Of a stretch of 64,000 bases of DNA, positions 42,407 through 52,262 are shown in pieces; the stretch's first letter is position 1; each line of letters starts with the position of its first letter. The position numbers and the translations under genes were made by a program. The notes under the pieces were generated by a model. That model saw nothing but the letters and a program-made list of their open reading frames with translations, was not told the origin of the DNA and searched no databases. Source of the DNA: Thermodesulfobacteriota bacterium (GTDB lineage Bacteria > Desulfobacterota_D > UBA1144 > Nemesobacterales > Mycalebacteriaceae). Where the stretch lies: NCBI GenBank assembly GCA_965205855.1, contig OZ242184.1, positions 1,337,275 to 1,401,274 on the forward strand. The letters are read 5' to 3'.

Positions 42407-42703
42407 ATGAGCCAAAACACCATTCAACGCGCCCGTTACCGCATTACCGGAAAAGTGCAGGGAGTCGGTTACAGATACTGGACTTGGGCAAAAGCCCGCG
42501 AACTCAAACTAAACGGCTGGGTGGAAAACCAGACGGACGGAAGCGTAACGGCTCTGCTGGTTGGCAAAGAAGAACGGATTGCGGAGATGGAAAAGGATTT
42601 GGGCGCGGGACCTCCGGCGTCAGAAGTACGAGAGGTTGAAAATCTGGAACTCACCGGAGAGGACAAAATGTTTGAGGCGGAGGGATTTGAAATTCGGAGG
42701 TGA
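42407..42703 (+). CDS. acyP: Acylphosphatase
   Basis: [21 protein letters not shown]. Confidence 0.93.
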   Translation: MSQNTIQRARYRITGKVQGVGYRYWTWAKARELKLNGWVENQTDGSVTALLVGKEERIAEMEKDLGAGPPASEVREVENLELTGEDKMFEAEGFEIRR

Positions 42704-42722
42704 TATATTAACGGGAACAATT

Positions 42723-45700
42723 ATGGGTTCGGTTAAAGCAAAGAAATCGGTTTTGATTGACAATCGCGGGGCGAAGATGGCTGACTACCTTGCGCGTCAT
42801 CTCGGCGGTGCTGAAATTTTCCGGCTTGTTTCCGCATATTTCTCCATATACGGCTTTGAAGCCCTGCGGGAGCAACTTTGCAAACCATCACTGAAAAACA
42901 CCAAATTTCTGTTTGGCGACCCCGGTTCGGTGGGTGAGGTAGTCAGCGGCGAAAAACAGCAACGCTCATTCAATCTCAAAGAAAACGGCTTATCTGTTAA
43001 ATACACTAAAGTATTGCAACAACGGCAACTTGCCGAGCAATGCGCGGAATGGATAAAACAAAACAACGTGGAAATCCGCACCATAACGCAAAGCAATTTT
43101 CTTCACGGCAAGATGTATCACACGACCAATCCGGACGGGAGCGGAGTTGCGACTGTTGGCAGTTCCAACTTCACCCGGCGCGGTCTGGGACTGTCGGAAA
43201 ATCCCAACCTTGAAATCAACCTCGCAACCGAAAATACGGAAACGCACGAAGAGTTAAAGAGCTGGTTTGATAAAATATGGAATGACAAGACCCTGACCGA
43301 AGATGCCAAACGGCAGGTTCTGGATGTGCTGGAAAATCTATACCGCGAAAACGCTCCGGAATTCGTCTATTACAAAACCCTTTACGAATTGTTCCGCGAC
43401 AAAATAGAAAAGCGCGCCGAGGAAGACAGTTTATTGGAAAACACTCACCTATACGACTCTGAAATCTGGAAAACCCTATATGAATTTCAAAAAGACGGAG
43501 CCAAAAGCACGATTGCCCGTTTGCAACGGCACAACGGTTGCATTCTGGCGGACAGTGTGGGCTTGGGAAAAACATACACCGCACTGGCAGTAATCAAATT
43601 TTTTGAATTAAGAAATGCGACGGTATTAGTCCTCTGTCCCAAGAAACTGGAAAACAACTGGCGGGTATATCAAGCCGTCAATAATCAAAGTGGCAACCCG
43701 TTTTTGCAAGACAAATTTTCCTACACCTTATTAACGCATACCGATCTGAGCCGTGATTCGGGAATGTCGGGCGGCACAGACCTCGCCAACTTTAAGTGGG
43801 GAAATTACGACCTGGTTGTCATTGATGAATCGCACAACTTCCGCAATAACACCAAAAGCCGCAAAGACCCGGACGGAAACATAATACGCATGAGCCGCTA
43901 TGAAAAACTGATTAAAGACATTATTCAAGACGGCGTAAAAACCAAAGTATTAATGTTATCGGCAACCCCGGTAAATACCTCGCTGCTTGATTTACGCAAT
44001 CAGATATATCTGATGACGAGAGGGCTCGATGACCATCTGCTTGACAGTTTAGGGGTCGGCAACATTGGCGCGGTAATAAAAGACGCGCAGAACAAATTCA
44101 AGCAATGGGAAGAGCGACAAGACCAAAGACTAAACAAGGAAAATCTGCTAAAGGAACTTGGCGGAGACTTCCTGCACTTATTAGATGGCGTTACCCTTGC
44201 CCGTTCGCGCAAACAGATACGCAAATTCTATAAGGGCTTTATTGAAGAAGAAGGCGACTTTCCCAAACGTAAAAAGCCGGACAACCGATACCCGCATACT
44301 GATACTGAGAAGCAACTGTCTTATGAAAATCTGCACTCCAATATCTCAGCATTAAAATTCCGATTCTATCAACCCTCTCTCTATGTCATCGGGCCGGAAG
44401 CGCAACAACGGCTGGACGCTGAAAAAGAGGAGCACAATTTCAACCAGAAAGACCGTGAAATATTTCTCGCAGCGATGATGCGGATCAATTTTCTCAAACG
44501 ACTGGAAAGCTCGGCGCATGCTTTCACTCTGACATTGGAGCGCACCGCCGGGAAAATTGATGTGTTGATCGATAAAATAAAAAAATATCAGCAAAAAAAT
44601 TCACCCGATAAACAAACAGTTGAATGTTTGCCGGACGATGAAGAAGACGATGAAGAATTTTTAGTCAACCGCAACGCCATACATCCCTACAAATTGAGCG
44701 AATTAAATGTGGAACTATGGAAACAGAACATACAAAGCGACCGCAGAGTATTACAGCAAATACTTGACAAAATACAGACCATCACTCCGCAACGTGATGG
44801 AAAATTACAACTAATCAAAAAAGAACTGGAGAAAAAAGCGGCTCAAAAGAACCGCAAACTGCTTATATTCACCGCCTTCAAAGACACTGCGGAATATCTT
44901 TATGAAAACCTTGCCGAAACGGGTGAAAAACTGGGTCTTAACCTTGCGCTTGTTTGCGGGGATTTAACCAGAACCGGATACGGTAAAAACACCTTTGGCG
45001 ATATTCTCTACAATTTCGCGCCGCAGACCCGGCCCGGAAGGTCGCCCAAGGAACAAATTGACATTTTAATTGCGACCGATTGCATTTCAGAGGGTCAGAA
45101 CCTGCAGGACTGCGACACCGTATTAAACTACGACATCCACTGGAATCCGGTGCGCCTGATACAGCGTTTCGGGCGCATAGACAGGATTGGTAGCAAAAAC
45201 CTTTCCGTGAATATGATTAACTTCTGGCCAACGAAGGACATGAATCTGTACCTGAAATTGGAAAACCGGGTCAGGGCTCGCATGGCTCTCGTGGACGCGA
45301 CCGCGACCGGAGATGACAACAGTCTTGATGAAGCCGCTTTTAAAGAGGCGGCAAAGACGGAATTAAACTTCCGCGACCGGCAGATAGAGCGCATACGGGA
45401 AGAAATTATAGATTTTGAAGAAGCGTCGGATTCCATCAGCATGAGCGATTTAACGTTGGACTATTTTATGACCCAGCTTTTGCGTTATCTGGAAGCGAAC
45501 AAAGACGCATTGGAAAAGGCGCCGCATGGAATTCACGCAGTCATCAAGTCGAATACGCAGGACTTATCTGCCAAAGAAGCAAAACCCGGCGCGATATTCT
45601 TTTTCCGTCAGAACCATGCCGCCGAAAACAACATAAATAACCCGACCCATCCGTTTTATTTTGTCTATGTGCAAGAAGACGAGGGAGTGCGTTACGGATA

Positions 45701-46010
45701 TATAAACGCGCATATAATTTTACAACGGTTTGAAAATCTCAGCCACGGAAAAACCAAGCCCGACAACGCGCTCTGCAACGCTTTTAACAGTCAGATCAAA
45801 GATAATTTGGAACACTACAATAAACTGATAGAACAAGCGGTTGACCATATCAAAAAAGCTTTTTCCGACACTGCCAACAAAAATCTTTCAAAAAGCCGGG
45901 ATACGGTATTGCCTACAAAATCCGAAAATCCCGACCTGAAAAATTTGGAATTGCTGACTTGGCTTGTGATAACGAAACCGGGTTTTAAGACAGATGCCGG
46001 AAATTCGTGA
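42723..46010 (+). CDS. PLD-nuclease domain fused to SNF2-type SF2 helicase
   Basis: FLHGKMY...GSSNFT (PLD), LADSVGLGKT, IDESHNFR, LSATP, SEGQNLQ, WNPVRLIQRFGRIDRIG. Confidence 0.9.
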   Translation: MGSVKAKKSVLIDNRGAKMADYLARHLGGAEIFRLVSAYFSIYGFEALREQLCKPSLKNTKFLFGDPGSVGEVVSGEKQQRSFNLKENGLSVKYTKVLQQRQLAEQCAEWIKQNNVEIRTITQSNFLHGKMYHTTNPDGSGVATVGSSNFTRRGLGLSENPNLEINLATENTETHEELKSWFDKIWNDKTLTEDAKRQVLDVLENLYRENAPEFVYYKTLYELFRDKIEKRAEEDSLLENTHLYDSEIWKTLYEFQKDGAKSTIARLQRHNGCILADSVGLGKTYTALAVIKFFELRNATVLVLCPKKLENNWRVYQAVNNQSGNPFLQDKFSYTLLTHTDLSRDSGMSGGTDLANFKWGNYDLVVIDESHNFRNNTKSRKDPDGNIIRMSRYEKLIKDIIQDGVKTKVLMLSATPVNTSLLDLRNQIYLMTRGLDDHLLDSLGVGNIGAVIKDAQNKFKQWEERQDQRLNKENLLKELGGDFLHLLDGVTLARSRKQIRKFYKGFIEEEGDFPKRKKPDNRYPHTDTEKQLSYENLHSNISALKFRFYQPSLYVIGPEAQQRLDAEKEEHNFNQKDREIFLAAMMRINFLKRLESSAHAFTLTLERTAGKIDVLIDKIKKYQQKNSPDKQTVECLPDDEEDDEEFLVNRNAIHPYKLSELNVELWKQNIQSDRRVLQQILDKIQTITPQRDGKLQLIKKELEKKAAQKNRKLLIFTAFKDTAEYLYENLAETGEKLGLNLALVCGDLTRTGYGKNTFGDILYNFAPQTRPGRSPKEQIDILIATDCISEGQNLQDCDTVLNYDIHWNPVRLIQRFGRIDRIGSKNLSVNMINFWPTKDMNLYLKLENRVRARMALVDATATGDDNSLDEAAFKEAAKTELNFRDRQIERIREEIIDFEEASDSISMSDLTLDYFMTQLLRYLEANKDALEKAPHGIHAVIKSNTQDLSAKEAKPGAIFFFRQNHAAENNINNPTHPFYFVYVQEDEGVRYGYINAHIILQRFENLSHGKTKPDNALCNAFNSQIKDNLEHYNKLIEQAVDHIKKAFSDTANKNLSKSRDTVLPTKSENPDLKNLELLTWLVITKPGFKTDAGNS

Positions 46011-49000
46011 AGAAATAAAAACCGCCCTTGAGCGGTTTGGCAATCACGGTCAAAATTTTGACGATGCGGTTATCGGGTTGCTGAAAACTCTCGGCTATGA
46101 AAGCGAACGCGCAAAATATTTTTCGGGAACACCGGAGGAATTTAACCGGCAATACCCGCCTGAGTCTTACAAAACGGACACCAAAAGCGGGAGACAATTC
46201 CTAAAAATCACAGAAAAAACGCATACCGTTATACAAATCACCAATGAAGAAATCAGCAAATCCCCCAGCCTGTTTTCCTCTCAAGAAAAAGATTTTCAAT
46301 CAACAGACATTAAAAGCTTTCTATTCATTGCCATAGAATTAAAAAAAGGCAACTACCCGCGTGGCGTGTATGCCGACCTGACCCGTGAAATAAACAAGCA
46401 TTTTGCTATGCCGACTGTGGTTGTTTTTCACAACCCCGAAGGAAAACAGCTGACCATCGCGTTTATAAACCGCCGTGTCAGTAAAACGGATACAGGCCGC
46501 GATGTACTGGAAAAAGTCCACTTGATTAAAGACATCAATACGAAAAAACCGCACCGGGCGCATTTGGATATTCTTGCGCAACTTTCACTCCCTGAATGCC
46601 TTAAATGGATAGCACAAGAAAAACAAACCCAAGACTTTGACGGACTACTCAAAGCATGGTTAGCCACACTGGACATTGAGGAACTGAACAAAAAGTTTTA
46701 CAAAGAGTTATTAAAATGGTTTGAATGGGCAAAGGAAACCGCCAAATTCCCGACCGGAGACTCCAAGCAACCGATTAAATGGGAAGACCAGATCATCCGC
46801 CTTATAACCCGCTTGCTTTTTGTCTGGTTCATCAAGGAAAAAGGGCTTGTAGCCGAAGATTTATTTCATAGAGCGCAAATAGAAAATCTGTTAAAAGACA
46901 AATGCAAGCCGGACGGCGGAGATTATTATCGTGCCGTTTTGCAAAACCTGTTTTTTGCTACTCTCAACACCGAAATATACAAACGGGAATTCAGCCGTAA
47001 AACAAATGCCGACCACCGCAACTTTAACCTCTATCGCTATGAAAACCTGCTCAAAGACAAATCCAAACTTTTTAAATTGATGCGACAAACCCCGTTTATC
47101 AATGGGGGTTTGTTTGACTGTTTGGATAGTTTTGAAGCAACCGGAAACGACGGCTATCGCATTGATTGTTTTACGGACAACACCAAACACGGCAGAGAAC
47201 TTTCCGTTCCCAACAAACTGTTTTTTGATACGCCCAAAGGTTTTTTCACCATATTACAACAATACAAATTCACAGTAGAGGAAAACACCCCGATTGAGCA
47301 GGAAGTCGCATTAGACCCCGAACTGTTGGGGAAAGTGTTTGAAAATCTGCTCGCGGAATACAACCCCGAAACGCAGAAAACCGCGCGCAAACAAAGCGGC
47401 AGTTACTACACTCCGCGCGAAATTGTGGATTATATGGTCAACGAGGCGCTCATCGCGCGATTGGCGGATATGGCGGAACCTTCCATAGAAGACCCCGAGT
47501 TTTGGCGCGAACGTTTGAGTTATCTTTTAGACTATGCCGATTCTTTCAATGATGCAGAACAACTTTTTGATGAAACCGAAAAAAAACGCATTGTAAAAGC
47601 AATCTCGCAAATCAAAGTATTAGACCCTGCCGTTGGTTCCGGAGCGTTCCCTATGGGGATATTACACAAACTGACACTTGCGCTAAAGAGAATTGACCCT
47701 GAAAACAAACACTGGCAAAAACTGCAAAAAGAACTTGCCACAGGAAAAGTGAAAACGGCATTTGGAACCAAAAATCAAAGAGCGCGCGACAAAGAACTAA
47801 AAGACATCAGCCACACTTTTGAAACCTACAGAGACTCCGATTTCGGGCGCAAACTTTATCTGATACAAAACAGTATCTACGGCGTGGATATTCAACCAGT
47901 CGCCTGTCAAATTTCCAAACTGCGCTTTTTTATCTCCCTTGCTATTGAACAAGAACCTAATAAAAAACAGAAGGATAATTTCGGTATCAAGCCCCTACCC
48001 AATCTGGAGACCCGTTTTGTCACCGCTAACACACTTATCGTATTTTCTAAAAAAGATAAGCAAATGTCGCTCACAGATGAAACTGTACAAGAACTGGAGA
48101 GAAAACTACATGAAAACCGAGAAAAGCACTTCAATGCCAAAACCCGCAAATCAAAATTGAGATGTATTGAGGAAGACAAAAAATTACGAAATCAACTGGT
48201 AAAACAACTAAAAAAGACCTTCGGTTTTGACAATCAAGAAGCCGACAGAATTGCCCAATGGAACCCCTACAACCAAAACGGAGTCGCCGACTGGTTTGAT
48301 GCCGAATATATGTTTGGCGTTAAAAATGGCTTTGATATTGTTATTGGTAACCCGCCGTATATTCAATTGCAAAAAGACGGCGGGCGCTTGGGAAGCCTTT
48401 ATCAGAATTGCAATTTCAAGACCTTTGCCAGATCGGGAGATATCTACCAACTGTTCTATGAACGGGGTATGCAATTGCTAACCGATGCTCAAGGTATACT
48501 GGCGTTTATCACCTCCAACAGTTGGATGCGTGCCCAATACGGTAAAAAGCTGCGTGGCTTTTTAAGAGCGGAACACAGCCCCCTGCGCCTGATAGACATG
48601 GGCAAAAATGCCTTTGAGGCGATTGTGGATACCAATATATTACTGGCCAGCACAGGCAGGGCGGAACAAGAATTCAAGGCGGTTGACATGGATTCTCTTG
48701 CCGAAAAACAGTTTCCGCCTGCCGAGCACTACTGGTCGGAAATCGAGCCCGCTGATGATGTGGCCTGGAGCATATTGTCGCCGCTTGAGAAAAAGATAAA
48801 GTCCAGGATTGAACAGTTGGGCACCCCATTAAAAGACTGGGATATTCGTATTTATCGTGGAGTATTAACAGGCTTGAACGACGCCTTTATTATTGATACC
48901 GCTAAAAGGGATGAGTTGCTTGCCGCCGACCCAAAATCCGCCGAGATTATTAAACCCATTTTACGCGGCAGGGATGTAGGGCGATATGGGTATAAGTGGG

Positions 49001-49608
49001 CGGGGAAGTGGGTTATTGCTACTTTTCCGGCATTAAAAATTGATATTGATCATTATCTAGCCATTAAGAACCACTTATTAAGTTTTGGGAAAGACCGATT
49101 GGAGCAAGCAGGAAAGGCATTATCCGATGGCACAAAATCAAGAAAGAAAACAGGCAACAAATGGTTTGAAACCCAGGACCAAATCGGTTACCACACAGAA
49201 TTTGAAAAAGAAAAATTGATTTGGATGCACATGTCAGGTGATTCAAGGTTCTCATATAGTAACGGAGAACTATATTGTAATAATAAATGTTTCATCGTCA
49301 CTGGAGGTCAATTGAAATATCTTGGAGCCCTGCTGAACTCTAAATTAGTTTCATGGCTTATGAAGGTTGTAGGGGTACCAACTGGGATGGGGCTAATTCA
49401 ATGGGACAAATTTACTGTCGAAACAATACCGTGCGTCCGATTGTCTCAACCTGAGCAACAGCCCTTTATGGATATAGTCGATCAAATCCTCACCGCCAAA
49501 CAACAAGGCAAAGACACCACCGCGCTAGAGGCGGAAATTGATAAGAGGGTCTATCAGCTCTACAATCTCATTTCTGGTGAAATCAAAATCATTGAGGCTA
49601 AAAAATGA
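45994..49608 (+). CDS. Eco57I/type IIG-like N6-adenine DNA methyltransferase with TaqI_C-like TRD
   Basis: PFINGGLF, GSYYTPREIV, LDPAVGSGAF (motif I), IGNPPY (motif IV), C-terminal EIDKRVYQLYNL..EIKIIE. Confidence 0.92.
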   Translation: MPEIREEIKTALERFGNHGQNFDDAVIGLLKTLGYESERAKYFSGTPEEFNRQYPPESYKTDTKSGRQFLKITEKTHTVIQITNEEISKSPSLFSSQEKDFQSTDIKSFLFIAIELKKGNYPRGVYADLTREINKHFAMPTVVVFHNPEGKQLTIAFINRRVSKTDTGRDVLEKVHLIKDINTKKPHRAHLDILAQLSLPECLKWIAQEKQTQDFDGLLKAWLATLDIEELNKKFYKELLKWFEWAKETAKFPTGDSKQPIKWEDQIIRLITRLLFVWFIKEKGLVAEDLFHRAQIENLLKDKCKPDGGDYYRAVLQNLFFATLNTEIYKREFSRKTNADHRNFNLYRYENLLKDKSKLFKLMRQTPFINGGLFDCLDSFEATGNDGYRIDCFTDNTKHGRELSVPNKLFFDTPKGFFTILQQYKFTVEENTPIEQEVALDPELLGKVFENLLAEYNPETQKTARKQSGSYYTPREIVDYMVNEALIARLADMAEPSIEDPEFWRERLSYLLDYADSFNDAEQLFDETEKKRIVKAISQIKVLDPAVGSGAFPMGILHKLTLALKRIDPENKHWQKLQKELATGKVKTAFGTKNQRARDKELKDISHTFETYRDSDFGRKLYLIQNSIYGVDIQPVACQISKLRFFISLAIEQEPNKKQKDNFGIKPLPNLETRFVTANTLIVFSKKDKQMSLTDETVQELERKLHENREKHFNAKTRKSKLRCIEEDKKLRNQLVKQLKKTFGFDNQEADRIAQWNPYNQNGVADWFDAEYMFGVKNGFDIVIGNPPYIQLQKDGGRLGSLYQNCNFKTFARSGDIYQLFYERGMQLLTDAQGILAFITSNSWMRAQYGKKLRGFLRAEHSPLRLIDMGKNAFEAIVDTNILLASTGRAEQEFKAVDMDSLAEKQFPPAEHYWSEIEPADDVAWSILSPLEKKIKSRIEQLGTPLKDWDIRIYRGVLTGLNDAFIIDTAKRDELLAADPKSAEIIKPILRGRDVGRYGYKWAGKWVIATFPALKIDIDHYLAIKNHLLSFGKDRLEQAGKALSDGTKSRKKTGNKWFETQDQIGYHTEFEKEKLIWMHMSGDSRFSYSNGELYCNNKCFIVTGGQLKYLGALLNSKLVSWLMKVVGVPTGMGLIQWDKFTVETIPCVRLSQPEQQPFMDIVDQILTAKQQGKDTTALEAEIDKRVYQLYNLISGEIKIIEAKK

Positions 49609-51290
49609 TTACCAAAATCAGTATTAAACGCTTTAAGCAAATCTCTGATGAAACCATCGATCTTGAACCGGTGGTGGTATTGGTCGGACCTAATAATAGC
49701 GGCAAGACCAGTCTATTGCAGGCATTTTCGCTATTAGCAATAGCAATCAAGGTATGGGCTGAAAAACGCCTTGATAATCCAACCAAACAAAATCAACGCA
49801 CGGGTATTGCGATTAATTTAAACGATATAAATATACCAGCCGCTGAGTTTAAAGAGCTATGGCAAAATACTAAAACCAGAGAAGGCAATACCACTAAAAA
49901 AGGTACAACGCCCATCAAGATAGAAATCCATGCCAAAGGAGAGAGCTATGACCAAGAGCAAAAAACAAAGTCATGGGAAGTAGGTTTTGAATTTAGTTAT
50001 CAGCGAGATAGTGTTATTTACACCAAACTCATTGATGGCTATCAGTTTGAAACTATTTTAACGAAAGAAAGTATTGGTTTTTTGCCGTCTATATCTGGTC
50101 TTACTCTTAAAGAAGACAAATTAGAGATGGGTTCTATTCTTCGCCGTATTAGTGAGGGGCAGACTGCTACGGTGCTGCGGAATATTTGTTACCATTTATA
50201 TGAAAACAACCAACAAGGCTGGAATGGTCTCGTCAAAAGTATTAAGGATTTATTTGCCATTGAGTTAAACACGCCCAGGTATTATCCGAATAGTGGCTTG
50301 TTGGAACTCAACTATAATGAAACCACTAATAAAAAAATGTCGCTTTCCGCACTCGGTAGTGGTGCAAAACAGGCCATTTTACTATTTGCCTATCTAGGTG
50401 CGTTTAAAAATACTATTAGTTTACTTGATGAGCCTGATGCCCACCTTGAAGTCATTAAACAAGCTAATGTTTATTATAGTTTGAGTGATTTTGCTAAACG
50501 GAATAATAGCCAGCTAATTATTGCCAGCCATTCAGAAAGCGTGCTTAATGCCGCTAAAGATGACTTAATAATTTCATCTATGTCGGGTAAGTTTGAAAAA
50601 GAATCCGCCAAGGATATTAAAGCTTTTTTAAAAGATTATCCTTATGAGCAATACTTGTTAGCCAAACAAAAGCCTTTTATCTTATATTATGAAGGAACTA
50701 CTGATTTGGCTTTTATACGAGCATTTTGCAAAAAATTAGGCAAACAGGAATACCTTGAGCAATTAAATACAGCTATCTATCCTTTTTCGCTGGGTGGTAA
50801 TGATATGGGTAAAGCAAAAAAACATTTTTCTGCCCTAAAGGAATACCTGCCCGAACTAAGGGGTTTTGCCTTATTTGATAATCTGGACAAGGATATTCAA
50901 GACATTCCAGAAGGTCTAAAAATGCATCAATGGCAACGTAAGGAAATAGAAAACTATATTCCCGTACCCAGCACACTGATGAACTATATCGACGCACAAT
51001 CTGGGGATTTGTTTTCTCAAACTTACCCATCAAGATTAGAGCATATTCTAAAAGAGAATATACCTCCCGCCGCCTATGATAATTTAGAAAATGATTTTTG
51101 GATGGAGACCAAAATAGGCGATTTCCTCACCAGAATTTTTGAGCAATTTTTAGATGAAACCAGTCAACCCAAAGGCACAATGGATAAATCAAAATTTTAT
51201 CTATTAGTGAATCATATTGACGATGATCAATTAGATGGTGAGTTAAAAAAAACGCTTGATAGCATATTTACTCATTTAGCAAAACCCTGA
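49605..51290 (+). CDS. ABC-type ATPase with C-terminal TOPRIM-like domain (OLD/AAA_21-like)
   Basis: GPNNSGKT, LGSGAKQ, LLDEPDAHL, ASHS; YYEGTTD, FDNLD, EIENY; AT-rich; ATGA overlap with the MTase stop. Confidence 0.82.
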   Translation: MITKISIKRFKQISDETIDLEPVVVLVGPNNSGKTSLLQAFSLLAIAIKVWAEKRLDNPTKQNQRTGIAINLNDINIPAAEFKELWQNTKTREGNTTKKGTTPIKIEIHAKGESYDQEQKTKSWEVGFEFSYQRDSVIYTKLIDGYQFETILTKESIGFLPSISGLTLKEDKLEMGSILRRISEGQTATVLRNICYHLYENNQQGWNGLVKSIKDLFAIELNTPRYYPNSGLLELNYNETTNKKMSLSALGSGAKQAILLFAYLGAFKNTISLLDEPDAHLEVIKQANVYYSLSDFAKRNNSQLIIASHSESVLNAAKDDLIISSMSGKFEKESAKDIKAFLKDYPYEQYLLAKQKPFILYYEGTTDLAFIRAFCKKLGKQEYLEQLNTAIYPFSLGGNDMGKAKKHFSALKEYLPELRGFALFDNLDKDIQDIPEGLKMHQWQRKEIENYIPVPSTLMNYIDAQSGDLFSQTYPSRLEHILKENIPPAAYDNLENDFWMETKIGDFLTRIFEQFLDETSQPKGTMDKSKFYLLVNHIDDDQLDGELKKTLDSIFTHLAKP

Positions 51291-51354
51291 AAATATCAGC
51301 TAACTGGTCTATAAACACTACAACCTCACCGCTGATGAAATCAAAATCATTGAA
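51289..51354 (+). repeat. Degenerate copy 2 of the MTase 3' tail
   Basis: Translates ENIS*LVYKHYNLTADEIKIIE versus MTase EIDKRVYQLYNLISGEIKIIE. Confidence 0.8.
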
Positions 51355-51360
51355 ATCAAG

Positions 51361-51469
51361 GTCACTCCTGCACACAAAAAACAACGTCACTCCCGAAAAA
51401 CACCGCCACTTCCAAGAAAAACCGTCATTCCCGAAAAAAACCGTCATTCCCGCGCAGGCGGGAATCCAG
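51361..51469 (+). repeat. Left REP array: degenerate half-sites plus full palindrome CGTCATTCCCGCGCAGGCGGGAATCCAG (51442-51469)
   Basis: Half-sites at 51361, 51385, 51404 and 51423; full site has an ATTCCC-N8-GGGAAT core. Confidence 0.9.
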
Positions 51470-51480
51470 CGAATAACACC

Positions 51481-51774
51481 ATGAGCCACAAACAACCTGC
51501 TGTTTATATTTTGGCAAGCCAACCTAATGGTACGTTATACACTGGCGTTACTTCTGATTTAATCAAACGTGTCTGGGAACATAAAAATCATTTGGTCAAA
51601 GGATTCAGTCAAAAATATAACGTAGACCTTTTGGTCTATTTCGAATTGCATGCAGATATGTATGTTGCAATTACGCGTGAAAAGCAAATCAAGAAATGGA
51701 AGCGGGCATGGAAGCTGAGGTTGATTGAAGATAAGAATCCACATTGGAGGGATTTATATAAAGATTTGGTTTGA
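51481..51774 (+). CDS. Stand-alone GIY-YIG nuclease, copy A
   Basis: AVYILAS..NGTLYTGVT..L.KRV.EHK, AITREKQIKKWKRAWK, NP.W.DLY. Confidence 0.92.
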   Translation: MSHKQPAVYILASQPNGTLYTGVTSDLIKRVWEHKNHLVKGFSQKYNVDLLVYFELHADMYVAITREKQIKKWKRAWKLRLIEDKNPHWRDLYKDLV

Positions 51775-52030
51775 CTGGATTCCCGCCTGCGCGGGAATGA
51801 CGTTCCAGGAGGTCTTGGCGCCCACTGAGACGGCCTGGATTCCCGCCTGCGCGGGAATGACGAATAGGAAAAGCGGGAATGACTAATAGAGAAGAAGCGG
51901 GAATGACATTCCAGGAGGTCTTGGCGCCCACTGAGGCGGCCTGGATTCCCGCCTGCGCGGGAATGACTAATAGAAGAAGCGGGAATGACTAATAGGAGAA
52001 GGGGAATGACGGACGGGGAGCGGAGATGAC
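51775..52030 (-). repeat. Right REP array A: inverted full palindromes, half-sites and 32-bp spacers
   Basis: CTGGATTCCCGCCTGCGCGGGAATGAC at 51775, 51835 and 51941; GCGGGAATGAC-type half-sites between and after. Confidence 0.92.
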
Positions 52031-52043
52031 AGACAGAGGGCAG

Positions 52044-52203
52044 AAACAACAGCCATTTATAGAAACAGTCGTTTCTAGAAGCAGCCAACAAAATCATCAA
52101 AGTCAAACAACAAGGCAAAGACACCACCGCGCTGGAAACCGAAATTGATAAGAGGGTCTATCAGCTCTACAATCTCATTTCTGGTGAAATTGGAATCATT
52201 GAA
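52044..52203 (+). repeat. Copy 3 of the MTase 3' tail
   Basis: 52105-52133 identical to 49498-49526 and 52141-52190 identical to 49534-49583; upstream KQQPFIETV resembles EQQPFMDIV. Confidence 0.92.
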
Positions 52204-52262
52204 ATCAAGGTCACTCCTGCACACAGAAAACAACGTCATTCCCGAAAAACACCGCCACTTCC

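Noticed and set aside
42561-42722. Long upstream extensions in the ORF track for the helicase (also cofD, polA, pepA, fbaB, rpsP, khpA, thiolase)
   Set aside because: They overlap neighbouring genes or promoters; downstream starts match family N-termini.
42723-51290. Complete DISARM or BREX system
   Set aside because: No DrmA/DrmB (DUF1998), PglZ or BrxC genes are present.
51442-51802. Classical IS element
   Set aside because: No DDE, HUH or serine transposase motif and no target-site duplication seen; the enclosed gene is a GIY-YIG nuclease.
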